From positions 34,226,001 to 34,290,000 of the forward strand of contig CM119371.1 of assembly GCA_051294905.1 (NCBI GenBank): a stretch of 64,000 nucleotides of DNA. The letters run 5' to 3'. The translations under genes and the position numbers were made by a program. Within the stretch, counting starts at the first letter, position 1. Each line of letters begins with the position of its first letter. This DNA comes from Botryllus schlosseri (taxonomy: Eukaryota). This document shows positions 39,308-54,279 of the stretch, piece by piece. The notes beneath the pieces were generated by a model. The model ran no database searches, was not told the origin of the DNA, and was given only the letters and a program-made list of their open reading frames with translations.

Positions 39308-40603
39308 CAGTGGTTCCCAACCTTTTTCGACTCATCGCCCCCTTTTCAAACTCCAGACCGATCATCGCCCCCCAAATATTTGGAATCGAAAAATGGGCAT
39401 ACAGACTGAAATCACCGGCGAGTTGACTAACAAAAAAGGTTATTTCTCCGACTTGATTCCAAAAGGACCGTAACAGAACTTCGTCACCCCCCCCCCCAAT
39501 ACGTTGGTCTTGTCCCCCATCACCATAGGGCGATAAAGTAAACTTCTGCACCCCTCAGACCAACCCCCCTCCAACCACCACCCCCCACCCCCCACCCCCC
39601 CCGATACCTCTTTACCGCAACTTCTCAGCAGAAATTGCCAGACGGCCTAATTGGCGCGAAGCGCGAAAAAATTCTATCATTCATGATTTAATCGGTCAAT
39701 ATGATTCGGAATTGCATATATATTGCTGTCAATTCTTTATCCTCTTTCTGCTCATGTATTCAGATTTACCGGTAAAACTGAGCGAGGTGTATTGGAAAAT
39801 GTAGGGCCCGTAAATAATAAATGAACATATTCGGACGGACGAGTGGGTATAATGAGTTCGTTACGTAATGACATTTCGTGACCTGTCTGCTATGTCAAAA
39901 GATATTCGAATCGCCCATACGTACTAAACTAAACGACGCGCACGATTTCAAATTGGTATTTCTGCACTGGCAATTATTTTTTCCCTGCGAGATGGCATTT
40001 TTTTGTGGGGTTCCGATTGCCAGGACAGGAACCTTTGGCGCCAGCCGTTTAGGCGCCTATGGACAATTAAATATTTATGTATATCGTATATATATCGAAG
40101 TCGGTCAGCATAAAGGCAGTCCTTTTCCGCCAAGGTTTTCTCGTTCTGGCACACTTTTCGGAGTTGCATGTTACATGGCCTGAAACTTCATATGTCTTGG
40201 TGCGTCATGGTGTCTTACTGGCTGACGCCGAGATGCCCATTTCTATAACTCATGCGTATTATTTCTTGGAGGAAGGGTATCAAATAAGCAAGAAATATGC
40301 GACCACGAAATGGCGCGTAGCGCGAAAATTTCTTGAAAAAGTTGCCTAAATTTCCAAAATAAATAATGTTAATTCACGAAAAAATTTGTGGGCCTCCTTC
40401 GATCTCGGGCCCCCCATCCCAATTGGGGGTTTGGGGGTGGCAGTTACGGTAATGGACGACAATATAGCCATTTCAACGTGCCATCTCCCCTCTATCCCCC
40501 CTTCGTTCGCTTTCGCCCCCCTATCGCCCGTTTGGCTATTTACGCCCCCCTGAACCGACAAATTGCCCCCTGGGGGTGATATCGCCCACGTTGGGAACCA
40601 CTG
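39308..40603. mobile_element. hAT Charlie-like MITE, nested
   Basis: TIR CAGTGGTTCCCAAC and TSD GTGTAGAT. Itself contains a repeat (~40100-40450) similar to ~44775-45120. Confidence 0.88.
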
Positions 40604-42379
40604 GTGTAGATAAAACATAAATACCCAAATCCTACGCATACAGAGAACGAATCTACCTAAGACAGGCGCGAATCGTTTTTTATAAGCACATCAACGACAT
40701 AATTAAAACTGGAGTGGTCATTGGTCAATCTGAAATCACACTCGTGATCCGAATTATGTCAATCTCGTTTAGGATTTTTGTGATGTTCAAACTGCGTGGG
40801 CCTTGAGATCGGGCTGTCGCGCAAGAAATTAAAAAATAATCTAGGAAGTAATTACCTTGGAACAGTCGTTATCAAACATTTTAAGACAAGACGACTCCCT
40901 GATGATGGTGATAGATTTCGCGCCCCCCTTATCGTCATATCACAAAACGCAACCAGGATGCTAGCAAACCTAACGGTTAGTTTGATGACATGAAAGGTTG
41001 CGACTGTGGATGAGAGATTTTGAAATATGAAATTCAGACTAAATACAGAGCAATAAGTATGAATCGGCAGGGAATCGCGCGAAGCGCGAAAAAAATTCGA
41101 GCCTCAGCTTCGCGCCCCCCTACAGATATTTTCACGCTCCTAAGTGGGGCGCATCCCCCAGTTTGAGAATTACTGCGTTAGATTCATCATGGTGATATAT
41201 ACTAAGAAAATGTTTAATGAAGTCCCTGCGTCGATTCGATTTTTAGTACGCATTTTATCACTAATTTCAATAAGTTTCTTTAGACTCTTGCGGGTCGCAC
41301 AAAACGGTGTTGCGGGCTGCATGCGGCCCGCGGGCCGTAGTTTGCCCACCCCTGTTCAATACTGAGATCGGTTGCGACATTTGGCACGGTAAGTCTTAAT
41401 GTTAGTATCGAACGCTGTAACAAGTTTTAAGTTTGTCACTGAACTGTGTTAGTGGTAATTTCGTTTCCTAATTCGAGTGAGAGCTGACTCGTCATTTATC
41501 GCTAACAGATTATACGCAAAGCCGGTATTGGTCTCTATTGATTTTAACGTTGCTCCTTACCTAGATCCGTCATTATCTTTTGCACGGTATATCTTGATTT
41601 TAGTATCGAACGCTGTGCCTAGTCTCAAGGTTGACACTCAATGATTAGGGCAGTAATTTCGTTATCAAGGTCGAGTATGGTAGAGATGTGCTCCGATCTG
41701 ACACTTTAGCCTACGACGCATTGCCGATTTCACGCAAAAGCCGGTGTATCTGCGGTAACGTTAACTGAGATGATGATATCATTCTCAGTTTGCATTCAAA
41801 TATTTACTTTGAAATTATATTCTCCAATGTCAATTTCACCGTGAAATTGTGGCCTTCAAGCCATTAGCTTACAACCCCCTGTCAAGCGCGATAGCTATTT
41901 CGTTTTCGATGGCGGCTAACAGCTGATCACTTGATCAGCCTATTCCTCAGTAAATTTTACGCAAAATTCGGTGTTGGTCTGTTCGCATCAATTTTGACAG
42001 TGTACTAAGTTTAAGGCTTTCATCCACGTATTTGTTCGGTAATATATTTTCCAAAGACGATTTCGCAGCAGAACTATATAGACAGTAATAAAGCCGTATG
42101 TGTCGTGTTAAAGTCTCCAGTTTCAAGGCCAAAATCTGCTATGCTGTACCGAGACCGAATTTCCGAGGCTACCATTCTTAGTTTTTCCGAATGATGTTTT
42201 GAATTCAATATGACAGGCCCAATCTATGAGATAACAATTGCGTATCTCTCCGAACTCGTTGACCTTTCCAATTAGGCTTACGCTATCTCTCGAGTTATAG
42301 TCATATGCATTTCTGCAGATAATTAGTCAGGTCTAGTGCGAACATGAACCGTGTTGAATCTTTGTTCCGTACGCCGTTT

Positions 42380-43900
42380 ACGCAGTTGCCACACTTCAAG
42401 TCACAGCTCACCGGCGGACCTCTCGTGGCACATACGTTAAAATCACTGTTGCCGGGAAATTCATGTTGCCGTACCATCATTAAGTTACTTGTTTACGTTG
42501 GAAAACGCCATTGTTACGTCATCTTGATAAAAAGTCGCTTGCAGCCCTTGCCCCACCACCCGATATCGTCACGAGCCGCCACTGGCTCCTGCCTTCTCCT
42601 TCTTCTTCTTGTAAACCTCATGATGCAGGATCGAAGTATAACCAATCTGTCGTCATGTTTCTTTGCTCGTGTTTGCAGAGATTCCTTTCGGTCCGAATGA
42701 CCTGATTCGCAATCGACGTCAGCTTGACAAGTGCGACGAGTTTTTCTTCCAATAGAGACCCTGTCGGGTCTGTGTTGATAATTGTTCTTTTTGTCGTTTC
42801 TTGTTAGGTTTGTGCTGTAGGCTACATTTCTTGCATGAGTCTAGAAGAGAAGTCATGACTGGCGTAGAAGTTTTGCAACTCACGGATGTGTGTTCATGGG
42901 CTTCAAGTCGTACAGTCCACATATCTCTCAGTCTTTGGATTTTGTTGCAGATGTCGCCTGTAGTCGCTCGTTCGTCGGTAGTATTCTGTGTGCGATGTTC
43001 CAGTTGAGATCCTCTTGTTTATGCTTGGGGAAGTGATGGTTGATGTTTGTCCAGTTGAGGCCCTGCTACTTCACTCGCGTTGTTGCTTGCGAATCGCAAG
43101 TTGCGATCACCATTTCATTTGATCTTTTTGTTCGGTGCTGTTACTCCGATGTCGTTCGTCGATTTGTTGATTTCACGCCAATGCGTCAACAGCTGGAATG
43201 CATGCGGTACATTATTTTTAAATGAATTTTCTGCGTACCTTTTGAGTGCCAGCTGGTTCTCAACTCTTCTTGGCCGGTGGTTGTCTGGAGTCTTGTCCTC
43301 ATTGTGTAGGGTGTAGCCTACGTATTTCAGCGCCGATTTAGCGAAAGCGAGGTCGGTCATCGTCGGTATATCTATCAGGCTCAATCCGGCCAGGTCTTTC
43401 TGTTGGATTAGTTTCGCGTATTTTACCTTCTTCTCATGTCCGAACAAGAATGCGGCGATTGCGATCTTTAATTTTTTTCTTATTCTGCTTGGCTTGTGGT
43501 TTTTCGAACCGATGTATATGAAAAAAGCAAGATGTTAGTTCTGACTATTTCTTCTTTTTCATACCTGTCCAGGTGTGTTGTTGCCAATTCTTTATTAAAT
43601 TCCGTTGTTTAGTTGATCACCGTCACTCATGGCTTTTGCTCCTCATTCCTGTTGTGCGCTACGGCGTTGCACAGCATGAGGAGTTCGCCTAGCCATTTGA
43701 TGCTGGTGCTGATTTTGCGTTTTCGTTTCTTTTCGTATAGCTGATGCCCCTGGTTTTCTTGAGGTTGATGTGCAAACCGCTCGCCTCCCCGAAGTCAGCT
43801 ATTATTCGGAGTGCTTTTGTGCGCTCTTCCTCTTTCGCCAGTGTCACGATTATGTCGTCTGCGTAGGCGGGCGTTGATATCCTCTTCTACATGCCGAATA
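42380..43900 (-). mobile_element. L1/Tx1-like LINE reverse-transcriptase remnant
   Basis: - strand PAYADDII (~43850-43873), FGEASGLHINLKKT (~43750-43793) and LAGLSLIDIP (ORF 43115-43447). Fragmented by stops and frameshifts. Outer limits approximate. Confidence 0.78.
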
Positions 43901-44547
43901 GCCTGTAACATTGAACTAGGGTATTGTTCGGTTGAAAATCCTTGAGGTGTTTTTATCAAACATAAGGACTATCGGCCTGGTATAAATGACCATCGTAGTT
44001 GAAAAACACAATGAATACCAGACACAAGATCATTGTCACGTGTGAATGCATTCCACGCATCTGACTCGTTCGGCGTCGACCAACGCAGAAGAAATGGAAC
44101 CTTTATGAAATCGCGATGAATGCCTCGTTTTTTGAAACCGATGCAAGAACCTTGTATTGATCTATTCAAAACATATCAGCTATTTTAATGACCAATCATG
44201 CGGTCGTTCCGAATCCAGTTTCATACGGGTTCACGGGGTATGACACACATACTAAAATCGTTAACATAACTAAATGACATTGATCTAATAACATTAATTT
44301 AAAAATAAAAATAAATAATAACTATTTATGTTCAATAAAATCAGATTTCCGTAGCGGTATTGCCACTGGTGTGTATATGAACATCATACCGATAATTTCA
44401 TCTTCTCATATCACATATTATACATCTTAAAACCAATGGAAATCCAGAACACAACACGAAAATGCTCTTATTCGACGAATATTCAATACCTCCATCTCGG
44501 AAAGCTGTTAAAACCAGAGCAGCGCACTTTTTACTGCGAGCTGGCGG

Positions 44548-44765
44548 TGGCGAGATAGCGCAGTGGTATAATACACGGCGCGACACCAGTGGGTTGCGGG
44601 ATTGAGTCCGACCGAGGTCGACTTCAGAATTCTCGCCTAGCTGCTTACAAAAGCGTAGAAGTGGGCCGTGCTACAAGTCGGCAGATACGGAAACAGAAGT
44701 GCAGAAGATTTGCCTGGTGTTAAGGACCGTTGTAGTCGACAAGTGCCATGAATACCCAGACAAAC
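44548..44765 (+). mobile_element. tRNA-derived SINE
   Basis: A-box-like TAGCGCAGTGG (44556-44566) and B-box-like GGATTGAGTCC. Body GCTACAAGTCGGCAGATAC...GTAGTCGACAA shared with ~21990-22190, ~35905-36005, ~43970-44025 (+) and ~14370-14470 (-). Confidence 0.65.
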
Positions 44766-47700
44766 TGAGCTCAGTTGGGCAGTCTTTTTCGCCCAAAGTT
44801 TTCTCGATGCTGATCGTTCTGGCGCACTTCTTGGATTCGCATGTTACATAGCCTTTAACTTCATATGTCTTGGCACGTCATGGTGCGGTAATGGCCGACG
44901 CCCAACTGCCCATTTCTATAAATCATGTCTAATTTTTGTTGGGAAAGGGTACCCAATAATCAGATATCTTACAATAATAAAACGCATGTAACGCGAAAAA
45001 AAAATCCTGAAAAATTTCAAAAAATACACCATGATTTATGTTAATTCTCGAAATAATTTTGGACCCCCTTCGAGCTCGGCCCCTCCAATTGAGGGGCTTG
45101 GGTGCGAAAGCTACGGTCCTGAGTAAATCTTACGCAATGTTCATGCCACACGGAGAAGACTATCATTCGTTAGTTTGTCGCAGATTAACTTCGAGCTAGC
45201 CCATTGTTATTGAAAACTTTGTTAAACCATGTTATTTCGCCATTCCCATAAAATAGTGCGCTATTAAAATGATATCAGTATAGCTCACGTGTACGGGGCC
45301 ATACTAAAAAAATATCTTCCGTGAGGCGCTGGTGATTGTGAACTCTCATTTCTTCACGAAGCGCAATAGTTAGCCTCGGTTTCAGACTTCAGTGATAACA
45401 CTATTTGGCCCTGGCAATGTTCCATCTTAATTTTCACGAATCTGCGCGCCTGCGTGGTCCATTGAACAACAGTGCGCAACAACTATAAAAAAAAAACATC
45501 ATTTCTGATTTTTTGTGCGCAGCGTAGATTTTCTGTGCGCAGAGACCGTTTCAGCACTGCGCATTTGCGCACGTGCGCAGCTTAGAGGGAACATTGACCG
45601 GCAGCCACGGAAAATTCGTTCAATCCAACTTTCCGTACAACAAGCGGACAAATCGACCATAGGATAGCCGCATCTGGCAGCTACTAAGCACAAATCATGC
45701 ATGTGTGAACGGACATTTCCACTGCAAACCGGCCTTTTAATCGTACGAAGGAAGATCGCACGGCAAAAATCGTGGCCGGAAACCGTGCATGTGTGAATGG
45801 GCCTTAATAATGCGGTATGCAGGACAGCTGTAACACCAATGGATTGTTGGACGATTGGACAATTATTTACTATGACACATTAGTTTCATATTTATGTTGT
45901 TATTAATCTGTTTCAATGTCCGAAGGTTAATCAAACTTTGGCAATGACATGACCAATAGCCTACTAATCGTGAGTATGCCTGAAACCTGGATTGGGTGTT
46001 ACTGACCAGATTCTCTGATATCAGATCAATCCTTGTTAAATTCCAAAATATTCTACCTATAACTGTCGCACGTCTAATGTCTGCTAGCTGCAGAATTGTA
46101 AAGCGAAAGCTTTTACGATGCCATGATGCATTTGTCACCCTGCGTTGTGTTGTATCTCATTAACATGACATGATATGCCATGTGCAATAAAAATTGCATT
46201 CAAATATATCAAATGTTACTTTTTTTCGTGCCAGGCATGGATATCGCGACAGTGCATCACATATTCACGATGTGTGTGGAATGCCAGTTTACAAGCTCCC
46301 ATCAAATAGAGCTTTGGAAGTATATTGAATAATTTTATGTTCGTGCAATTTACGTTGGTGTCTTTTGTCTCTTGGAATATTTCATTAATGTTGCGTGTTG
46401 TGTTCACGGTTGTTTATAACCGAATATGTACTAGTTGACGTTTGTTTTGCACCGCTATTACTACCGTGTCTTGCCCGTCGTGTACTAGTAGTTTGTTTTT
46501 GGTATTGTTACGTCGTACAGTCAAAATAGTTCTTACATTTCGAATTTGATTCACCCATTCACTGACGTTCGCTACTGATGAGAGTCAGTCGAAAAGCTCT
46601 TAGCAAATAAATTAACAATTTGGTTGGCATTTTCCTCTTATTGGTCTAGGAATAGTAATTACTAGGGCAAGTTTTTCTTGCATTTAAATCCGCGGAAAGT
46701 TGCATTTATTTATTTATTATTGACAAAAGTTGCGAAAGTTGCACTAAAAGACCACATTTTACTCCGTTGACTAAAAAAAAGGCTAATTTACCGTTTCAGC
46801 TCCCGAAATACCTGTACTTCGGTGCTGATTTACGGTGTTTCAGTCGAATTTGGCCGTGTATTTCACCAAAACCGAAAATACTTTCATGAAAAATCGAAAA
46901 AGTTGCAAAATGTTGCAAAGAGTTGCACAAAAAAAATGTAGCCTTCGCTCATCATCGAAATAATCCTCATATTGCAGTACAGAAACTACTTAATCGAATA
47001 TATCCTGAGCACCTGGAATAATATTACTTGCTCTCATCATAAAAAAAAAAATCTTCGGTATTCTGAAAACCGCCGAACATTTTATGTGATCGGTATTCCA
47101 TATACGGGCTTATTACGAACACGATGAAAAATGTCTCCGGGAATATAGACAAGTATCTTCGGGAAGCCGCGAGCAGTCAATACCATTCGTGTTCACATGA
47201 TCGCCATTTCGCGAAACTTGTTTGGTTCTGGAAAACTTATTTGGGCACGAGGACTGCCCGTTGTTTCTTTCAAAATTATCGCCTGGAGGATGTCAAAAAC
47301 GGGAACAATTTGATTTGAAGGAATGTAGAGCTAACAAATTAGTTACGGAATTTGGATTTGAATAGTTTATTCTTATTGAAACGACCCCGAATGTTTTCGG
47401 CTGACACTTGCCAGGTATAATCGTCATCAACTAGTAGACAATTGAAAATAACATTGTATATCAAATATCGTATTACAAAATATCACGTCACCAGCATGAA
47501 ATGAGATCTCATATTTGGAATGAAGCAAAATATGCAATCGTCTATTCGTGTTCGGAAGTAGAAGTGGAAAAATAACATGAAGCCATTAAGTCATCGTGTG
47601 GCAGACCTGCGCCTACAGCATAAAGTTATGGTTTCTCTTGGAACGCTTCGTTCAGGGAGCTTTCATAATTTTATCCTTTGCGTGCATCACCGCCTTGACA

Positions 47701-49818
47701 TGTTGGCTTATTGTCAAGGTTAGTACACGCGTGAGCTGTCTACTAAGCAATTATCGAACTGTGTGTCGCGGTGGATTGTCGGGTGTGTCGCGAATGCTTT
47801 TGAAATGTCGGAAAAGAGTTGTACGACAGGGTGCATGCAGACAATGATTTGTCATTTGAAATAGTAGTAGCTGTTCAGCTAGCTGGTATGGCGATGAAAA
47901 CGATTATGCATTCCGTATAGCGCCAGAAACTCAAGTCTCAAAAATATCTTTGCTTCGTTACCAGCCCTTAATATATCAAGTCATGAGCCGATAATCATTG
48001 CGCAAATTCCTAGTACATTTTCTGGACGTCTGCTTGCACCGCAATATTACTGCCCATAATTTGCGGTTAACAAATTTACATGGGTACTGGGTAGTCATGC
48101 AATCCAGGTTTCCTTCTGCAGATAAGCAGCTCATTGACTTACGAACTGAAGTGTGACGTTTCCCCCAATTCCAACTCATCACGAGCAGAAGTCACGACTA
48201 CGAAAAAACAATCAATGCGTATCGCGAATATAAATATTCTGTTCGGTTGAGCAAGTCGCGAACACGAACGCGATTACGAATATTATCAGGATTGAGCAGA
48301 ACCCCCCCCCCCCCTGAACAAACGTCGACTAGTCGTTATGATAGGTCTTTTATCAATAAAAGATTTCCAGTTATATAGCTTGGATTGACGCGTACCAATT
48401 CGTTTATAAAATTCCATTGCCATTATGTTATATTGGCGACACATTGATATATTGCTTGATCTAGTTCCTATAATAATGATGGATATTTTCGAGCAGTTGG
48501 TTTCCTCATGATTTTACCACATCATATAGTTGAAGCAATACGCCCGTGCAATGTCGCTTTGCATGCGCGAGATACGGCCCAGCATATCGATTTATATCAA
48601 AACAGACGTCGGCAACGTTTTGTATGCAGCGTGCCAACACCAAAAATATGTCAATATCAAAATAATACGAACTGGCGCCAAACATTTATAGTTTCATCGC
48701 AATTGTGGTTTTAAGCATAGAATCCCACCCAAATCCCATGTATGCGTCGCGAGGAGCATAAATTCGGATCGCAAACGCACCACAGCTACCGTTTAATGCA
48801 TGTAATATTTGCCCAATTTCTTGCAATTATAACTGATTCTTAACAGACCCATCAGGACAGGTTGCACAATGCACACCCGACAATCCAACGACCTCATGCG
48901 ATGTTATGATGCCGTTCTCACATAATTGTTGACATGGCTGGACTTATTTCGCTAATTTTGCTATGAAACAGCGGTTATTAACTTTTGTTTACTCCCTCAC
49001 TTTCCAGTACTGTGATTCAAGACCGATACAGGCCTATATTATTAAGCACAATTGAAGACAGAAAAGTAAATGCTAACACCAACCCGGAGCCGAGGCCACA
49101 AACGCAGTGCGCTATAACATTGGTCCTACTCAACAGAATTGTTCATCAGAGTGTTAATTTCCCGTTTTCAAGGCCATGTGAAGAACAGTGCCGTGTCAAA
49201 ATAAAACCTACGTAATCCAACACAATACCTTTTCTTAGGCCTATAACATTGCAGTCATTTCCTTTAGACAGACAAAGAAAAGGGTGCAAATCAATCACAC
49301 CGGACCATGTGATGTGACTGTGGCAACTGTCAAAAAGAAAATGTTAGGTGCATCCGTCGTTTAGTTGCACACCGAATTTCTTCTGCCACATTTCTTCGAA
49401 TATATCATCCGCTAGATGACGCCACTGAATCAAAATCTCTCGATAATGAATATGAGCGTGAAATAATTTCCGGGACATGGCGCTGATGAGTCTTACTAGC
49501 AGTCAGATTTCTGATCACGAGCCAACATCATCAAGTTAGCGTATTCAAAACCCAAATTACAATGTCTTGGTAACTGGTTATTCCCCTGTGTAATCCCCAT
49601 CAACACTCAATTTTCTCACGCTGACTTTTCTAAATCGGTATCGCTACAGTGTTGTGAATAATAGTGATTGGCTAACATTAGTCGGATATTACTGTTCCCG
49701 TTGAAAATTATCGAGACAACAGATGTTGCGTGGTCTGGAGAGGCCGTTCACACTTTCATTGGTGTGCTTTGGGGTCACCTTTTATCAAAATACGTTAATC
49801 GAGTCTGTGCCTATAGAA

Positions 49819-51009
49819 CAGGGCTGTCAAACATACGGCCCGCCAGATGATTTCATTTGGCCCGCGAAGCGACTCTAAGAAAGTGTTGCGTTGTCCAGCA
49901 AACTATTGGTAAATGTTTAGAAGTTTAGTACGAAATACTTTCATTATATAATCCCCCAAGACTAGGGTTAACATATTTCAGGAATCTGAAAAGAGGACAC
50001 TTTTTCAAAATTTTCAGACTTCCAATACTGGATTGAAATTCGGAAAAATGGTAAATTTTTCCCGAGTTTTTGGTTGTTTGACTTAAAATATAAGGTCGTT
50101 TTTCGGGCTCAAGTTCCGAAAAACCCACCGGACCGTTACTTGAGCGCTGATTTTCAATATCTCAGTAAAAATTTTAATACATTTAACCAAAATTTTCAAA
50201 AAATAAGACAAATTCTCAAAAAAGAGGACATTCGGGCGTCATCCGAGGACAGTTTCAAAAAGGTCAAAAACAGGACAAAACCTCATAAAAGAGGACGCAT
50301 GGTAACCCTACCCAAGATAGAAAATGTGGCATTATAAAAACCTGACAGTGGTGTTACGGCTTCACTACAATGACTATGCGCAGCAAGTCCCTGCCGTTGA
50401 CACCTAATTCCGAGAACTAAAAAGTACACACTGAACTCATACTTTTGTGGAAAAATATACCTAAACCCCTGCTTGAAACCGGTAGTCCTATATGCAGGCG
50501 ACATGGAAAACATAGGCCTAATCGTTACACCAAAATATGTTTAAAATATCTGTGGTGGCACTTTATTTACGCTTATTACTTAACATCTCCTCGACTTCCA
50601 GAAAAAAAAACGGATCACGATATAATATTAATGAACCAAATTTGAACGTATGTGTTTACAGTTAAATTTCGTGTATTCCTCATATTGCATAAACAGGATT
50701 ATCGCCTGATTACGACTAAAACAAAGCCATCTCACAGCAATATGCGGAGTATATCGTCGTTAAAGTTACTGTTTAGCAATTTGTGTAACTGTATTCAACC
50801 GATCAATCATCGTAATTTTGTCGTAATTCCATTTTTTGTGAAGAAAGGTGTTGATAGAATAGAACCCTGGATATATAATTGAGTATTTAAGCGGAAAACA
50901 CGGGCGTAGATTTTGTGGTATCATTTTGGAATAATCAAACTTGTCCGCCTCGCGAGCCAGTTGAAGGTCTGAACCCGGCCCGGAATGCAACTTGAGTTTG
51001 ACACCCCTG
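49819..51009. mobile_element. hAT Buster-like MITE with nested TAGGG(T/C)TA(A/C)CAT-family MITE (49963-50310)
   Basis: Outer TIR CAGGGCTGTCAAAC / GTTTGACACCCCTG with TSD CTATAGAA. Inner TSD CCCAAGAC/CCCAAGAT. Confidence 0.85.
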
Positions 51010-53342
51010 CTATAGAAAGAGCTCGTGTGTCATCTGAAAATAGCGCTCTTTTCGTCTCGATGATTAGAAATTTCATGCCGGGGGCGTCGTATTTTGTGAT
51101 TTGACGATTACCTCTGATGAGTGTCAGCCGAAAATATTATAGTTCTATCCGATAGGAACACACTATTCAAAATGAACACACTATTAAAATGTATATAGCA
51201 GTGCTTTCCAATCTGTGTGATGGTATGCGCATCAGCGTGGATGAAAGAATTGCAGTGCAGATGACAAACGTGGTGTCGATGAGTGCGGATGAAAATCATA
51301 AATAATGATTACTTCTTCTGATCTGGAATAATTGGAATCTGGAATAAACCCAATGGGAAATTCAAGTGCAGTGGCTCCCTAAATTTTTGTTCCGAAGCAA
51401 TTGTAAAAACTTGTTTGAAAAACGACGCGGCACTAATCGTAGCTTGTACATTTGCACAATAACTTCGTCTCGCACCCGTCGCAGTGAATTAATATTTGCT
51501 CACTGCAATTATTACGTAATCAAAAGTCTTTTTGAAAGCGGGTGTGATGGCAGGCGTATAGTGCATCTACCTGTCTGAGCCTGCGACACGCAGAAAATGA
51601 CTTCTGATGTCTTTCTCTGAACAACCATCATACTTTCGTAATAACAGTTCGATTAACATGATGCACGAAGATAGAAGTGAATACCAATAACTCAAATTTC
51701 CCCATTTGTGGGTTCGAATTCAGAGCCAATTCGGGAACACGGAAAATTTTCTAGATGGTACACGAACTCTCATTGTTGAAACAGCTTAATCTGGTGTGTT
51801 TTGATGAAAGTCGACTCCAAGGCACACAAATGAAAGTGTGAACGACCCTTTTCGAGTACATTGAACGCTCTCGCATTCGACATTTCATGCTGGTCACGTC
51901 ATATATTGTGATACGATTGTTGATATACGATGTTCATTTGAATTATCTACTATTTGCTGACGACTATCCCTGATGAGTGTCATCCGAAATTATTCGAGTT
52001 CATTTCGATATGAATATACCATTTAATTGTATTTTTTCGAGGCGCCACAGATCATTCTGTCAATTAACAGTAACTTTTCTCGTTACGATCATATTAAATT
52101 CGTATCTGGAGTGCTGTTAACCACTATCCGAGTAACCAAGTCTCGTCTCAGATGTAACGATTCAAGTTGCGTAGTTAGAGTGGATTTTTTTTTGGTATCG
52201 AATATGTCCCTATGTCCCTTTATCCCTATACTCCCCACCAAGAGATAATTTATCCACAAAAAAGCTTTGATGCTCTCTTCCCACCGCTGGAGCCTTAACG
52301 CCTAGCTCAGTGGCAACTTGTCATCCACAACATGGTGCACAACAAGGTTTTCTAACTCAAAATTACGCTGCAGGCCGGATTCAAGCCTTCAAATCGCCGC
52401 CGGGCCGGATCAATCTACTGATTCGCAATACACGGATCATGGAGGGGTTCTATTCCAGCACAGCACACAATGAATCGCGCTGTTCGGGTATGCTGAAGAC
52501 CACTACATTGGTCCATTGATGAGCAGGAACTACATTGTCAAGTAACAACGGACTTTTCCGGTACAGTTTAATAAATCGACGGACGACCCTAAATTGCCCT
52601 TCCTGAATTTATTATGCAATTTTACTGCGAATCAAGCTGCTTTATTAATCAATCGTTTCAACACTGTACGTAGCAGTTGCCTTCCAAACTTACACCCATT
52701 TGCCCTAAGCGCCCCCCTACCACCCATTTTCTTGCCAGCGCACCTTTACCCTCGCGAACGCTTCCAGGGGGCGCTGGCGCCGCCCACTTTGGGAACCACT
52801 GGTGTAACTGATTTACGCTCGCACTTACCTATTATAATCTAAAATCTGCGTTACCGGTAATAAATCTTAGAACGATCCATTTGGTCATGGAGATAGCAGC
52901 AATTCTATGACCGACCCAATGTCGTAGTTGGAGCCAGACCATGGATTTTGGGGGCAATGCCCGATACCAATATAGTCTATATCTAACACCTTCACTGATA
53001 ACACCGATATATTCAGTCAAAATTCAAGTAAGCTCGAAACTACCTCTACCTCTACCTCTCTAATTGTAAGCTATATCAAATACAGCAAGATTCCCAATCT
53101 ATCAGTCAAGGATTGCAGTTTTTTGAATTCCCACCACCATCTTGTGACGACATCAAAATGACCGATACTTCTTTACCTCCAATGTCCGATACCGAAAGTG
53201 TGGTATCGAACTGATATTATCGGCGAACTCGCAATCGGTCGGGGTCAAGTCGTAATAGCCGGCAACCACGTTTCGCTGTATTGATGTTTTTAGGCTTGTG
53301 TCAATAGGAAATAGCTAGACTTATGCCAGTATGCGTCTAGTC

Positions 53343-54279
53343 CATTGGTCGGGAACCTTTTTTGTCCGAAGAGCCATATTGGCCCTATTTTTTCCATCTC
53401 CACTCCCAAAGAGCCATACATGCCAATCAACTGTTACGTCACAATTTTAAATCCGTGACGTCATATTAGCACTAATTCGAACTCACTACATGGGATTGCT
53501 CGTGTGCGCCATATTTTCTCTGTAAAAACTGGTATTATTGTTCAAAAATAAAGCTCGAAACGACAGGTAAGGCACAGACGGGCAAAACCTCACCATTGAT
53601 AACGCTATTCATCGTAAGTAGCTTAGAATATAATATAACTGATATTAATCGAATGTCACTGTCACACTGATTCCGAAAATCTAAATACTTATCGACTTCT
53701 CAATTCTCGAAGTATTCGGCGGTAGCATAACGTTGCCCTACACAAATACATTTTATCGCCGTACTACACTGAGTTATACGTACCAATCAAGAACGTGGAT
53801 AGCTGTGGCGTTGTTTGTAATTCGAGTTAGTAATTGTGAATGTCACATCCAGAACAGTTCATTTCGCGCCGTAGATCAGGAAGACAATGTGTATTAGAAA
53901 ACTGCGTTTTGAAATGGGCGTCGCCATGTCAGCTATGCTCTTTGATTAATCAACGAATCGCACAATTCAAGATTTCGAGTCGGGTAAATGAAATTCGCGA
54001 GTGATATTGGCCGCCGGCGTGACAGTGACAGTAGCTTAAATTTGAAGATTTTGAAAAGAGTGGGTCCGAGCCCCTAAACCTGAAGGCGGAATTGTCTTTA
54101 CCTCTCAAACATATGTTTATACTGCCACAACAATAATTCTTTTGACCATGATGAAAATTTACCAACAAGTCGCTACAATATTAATCAATTCAGTACAAAA
54201 ATAATTATTTCGCAAAGAGCCATATCTTATGCCCAAAAGAGCCATATATGGCTCGCGAGCCATAGGTTCCCGACCACTG
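53343..54279. mobile_element. hAT MITE with GAGCCATA subterminal repeats
   Basis: TIR CATTGGTCGGGAACC / GGTTCCCGACCACTG. TSD only partly conserved. Confidence 0.75.

Larger units (their letters stand above)
37756..41354. mobile_element. Composite hAT element (CAGGGGTGGGCAAACT TIR) carrying several nested insertions
   Basis: TIRs and TSD TTCAATAC. After removing nested inserts it aligns in inverse orientation with 56777-57898. Confidence 0.88.
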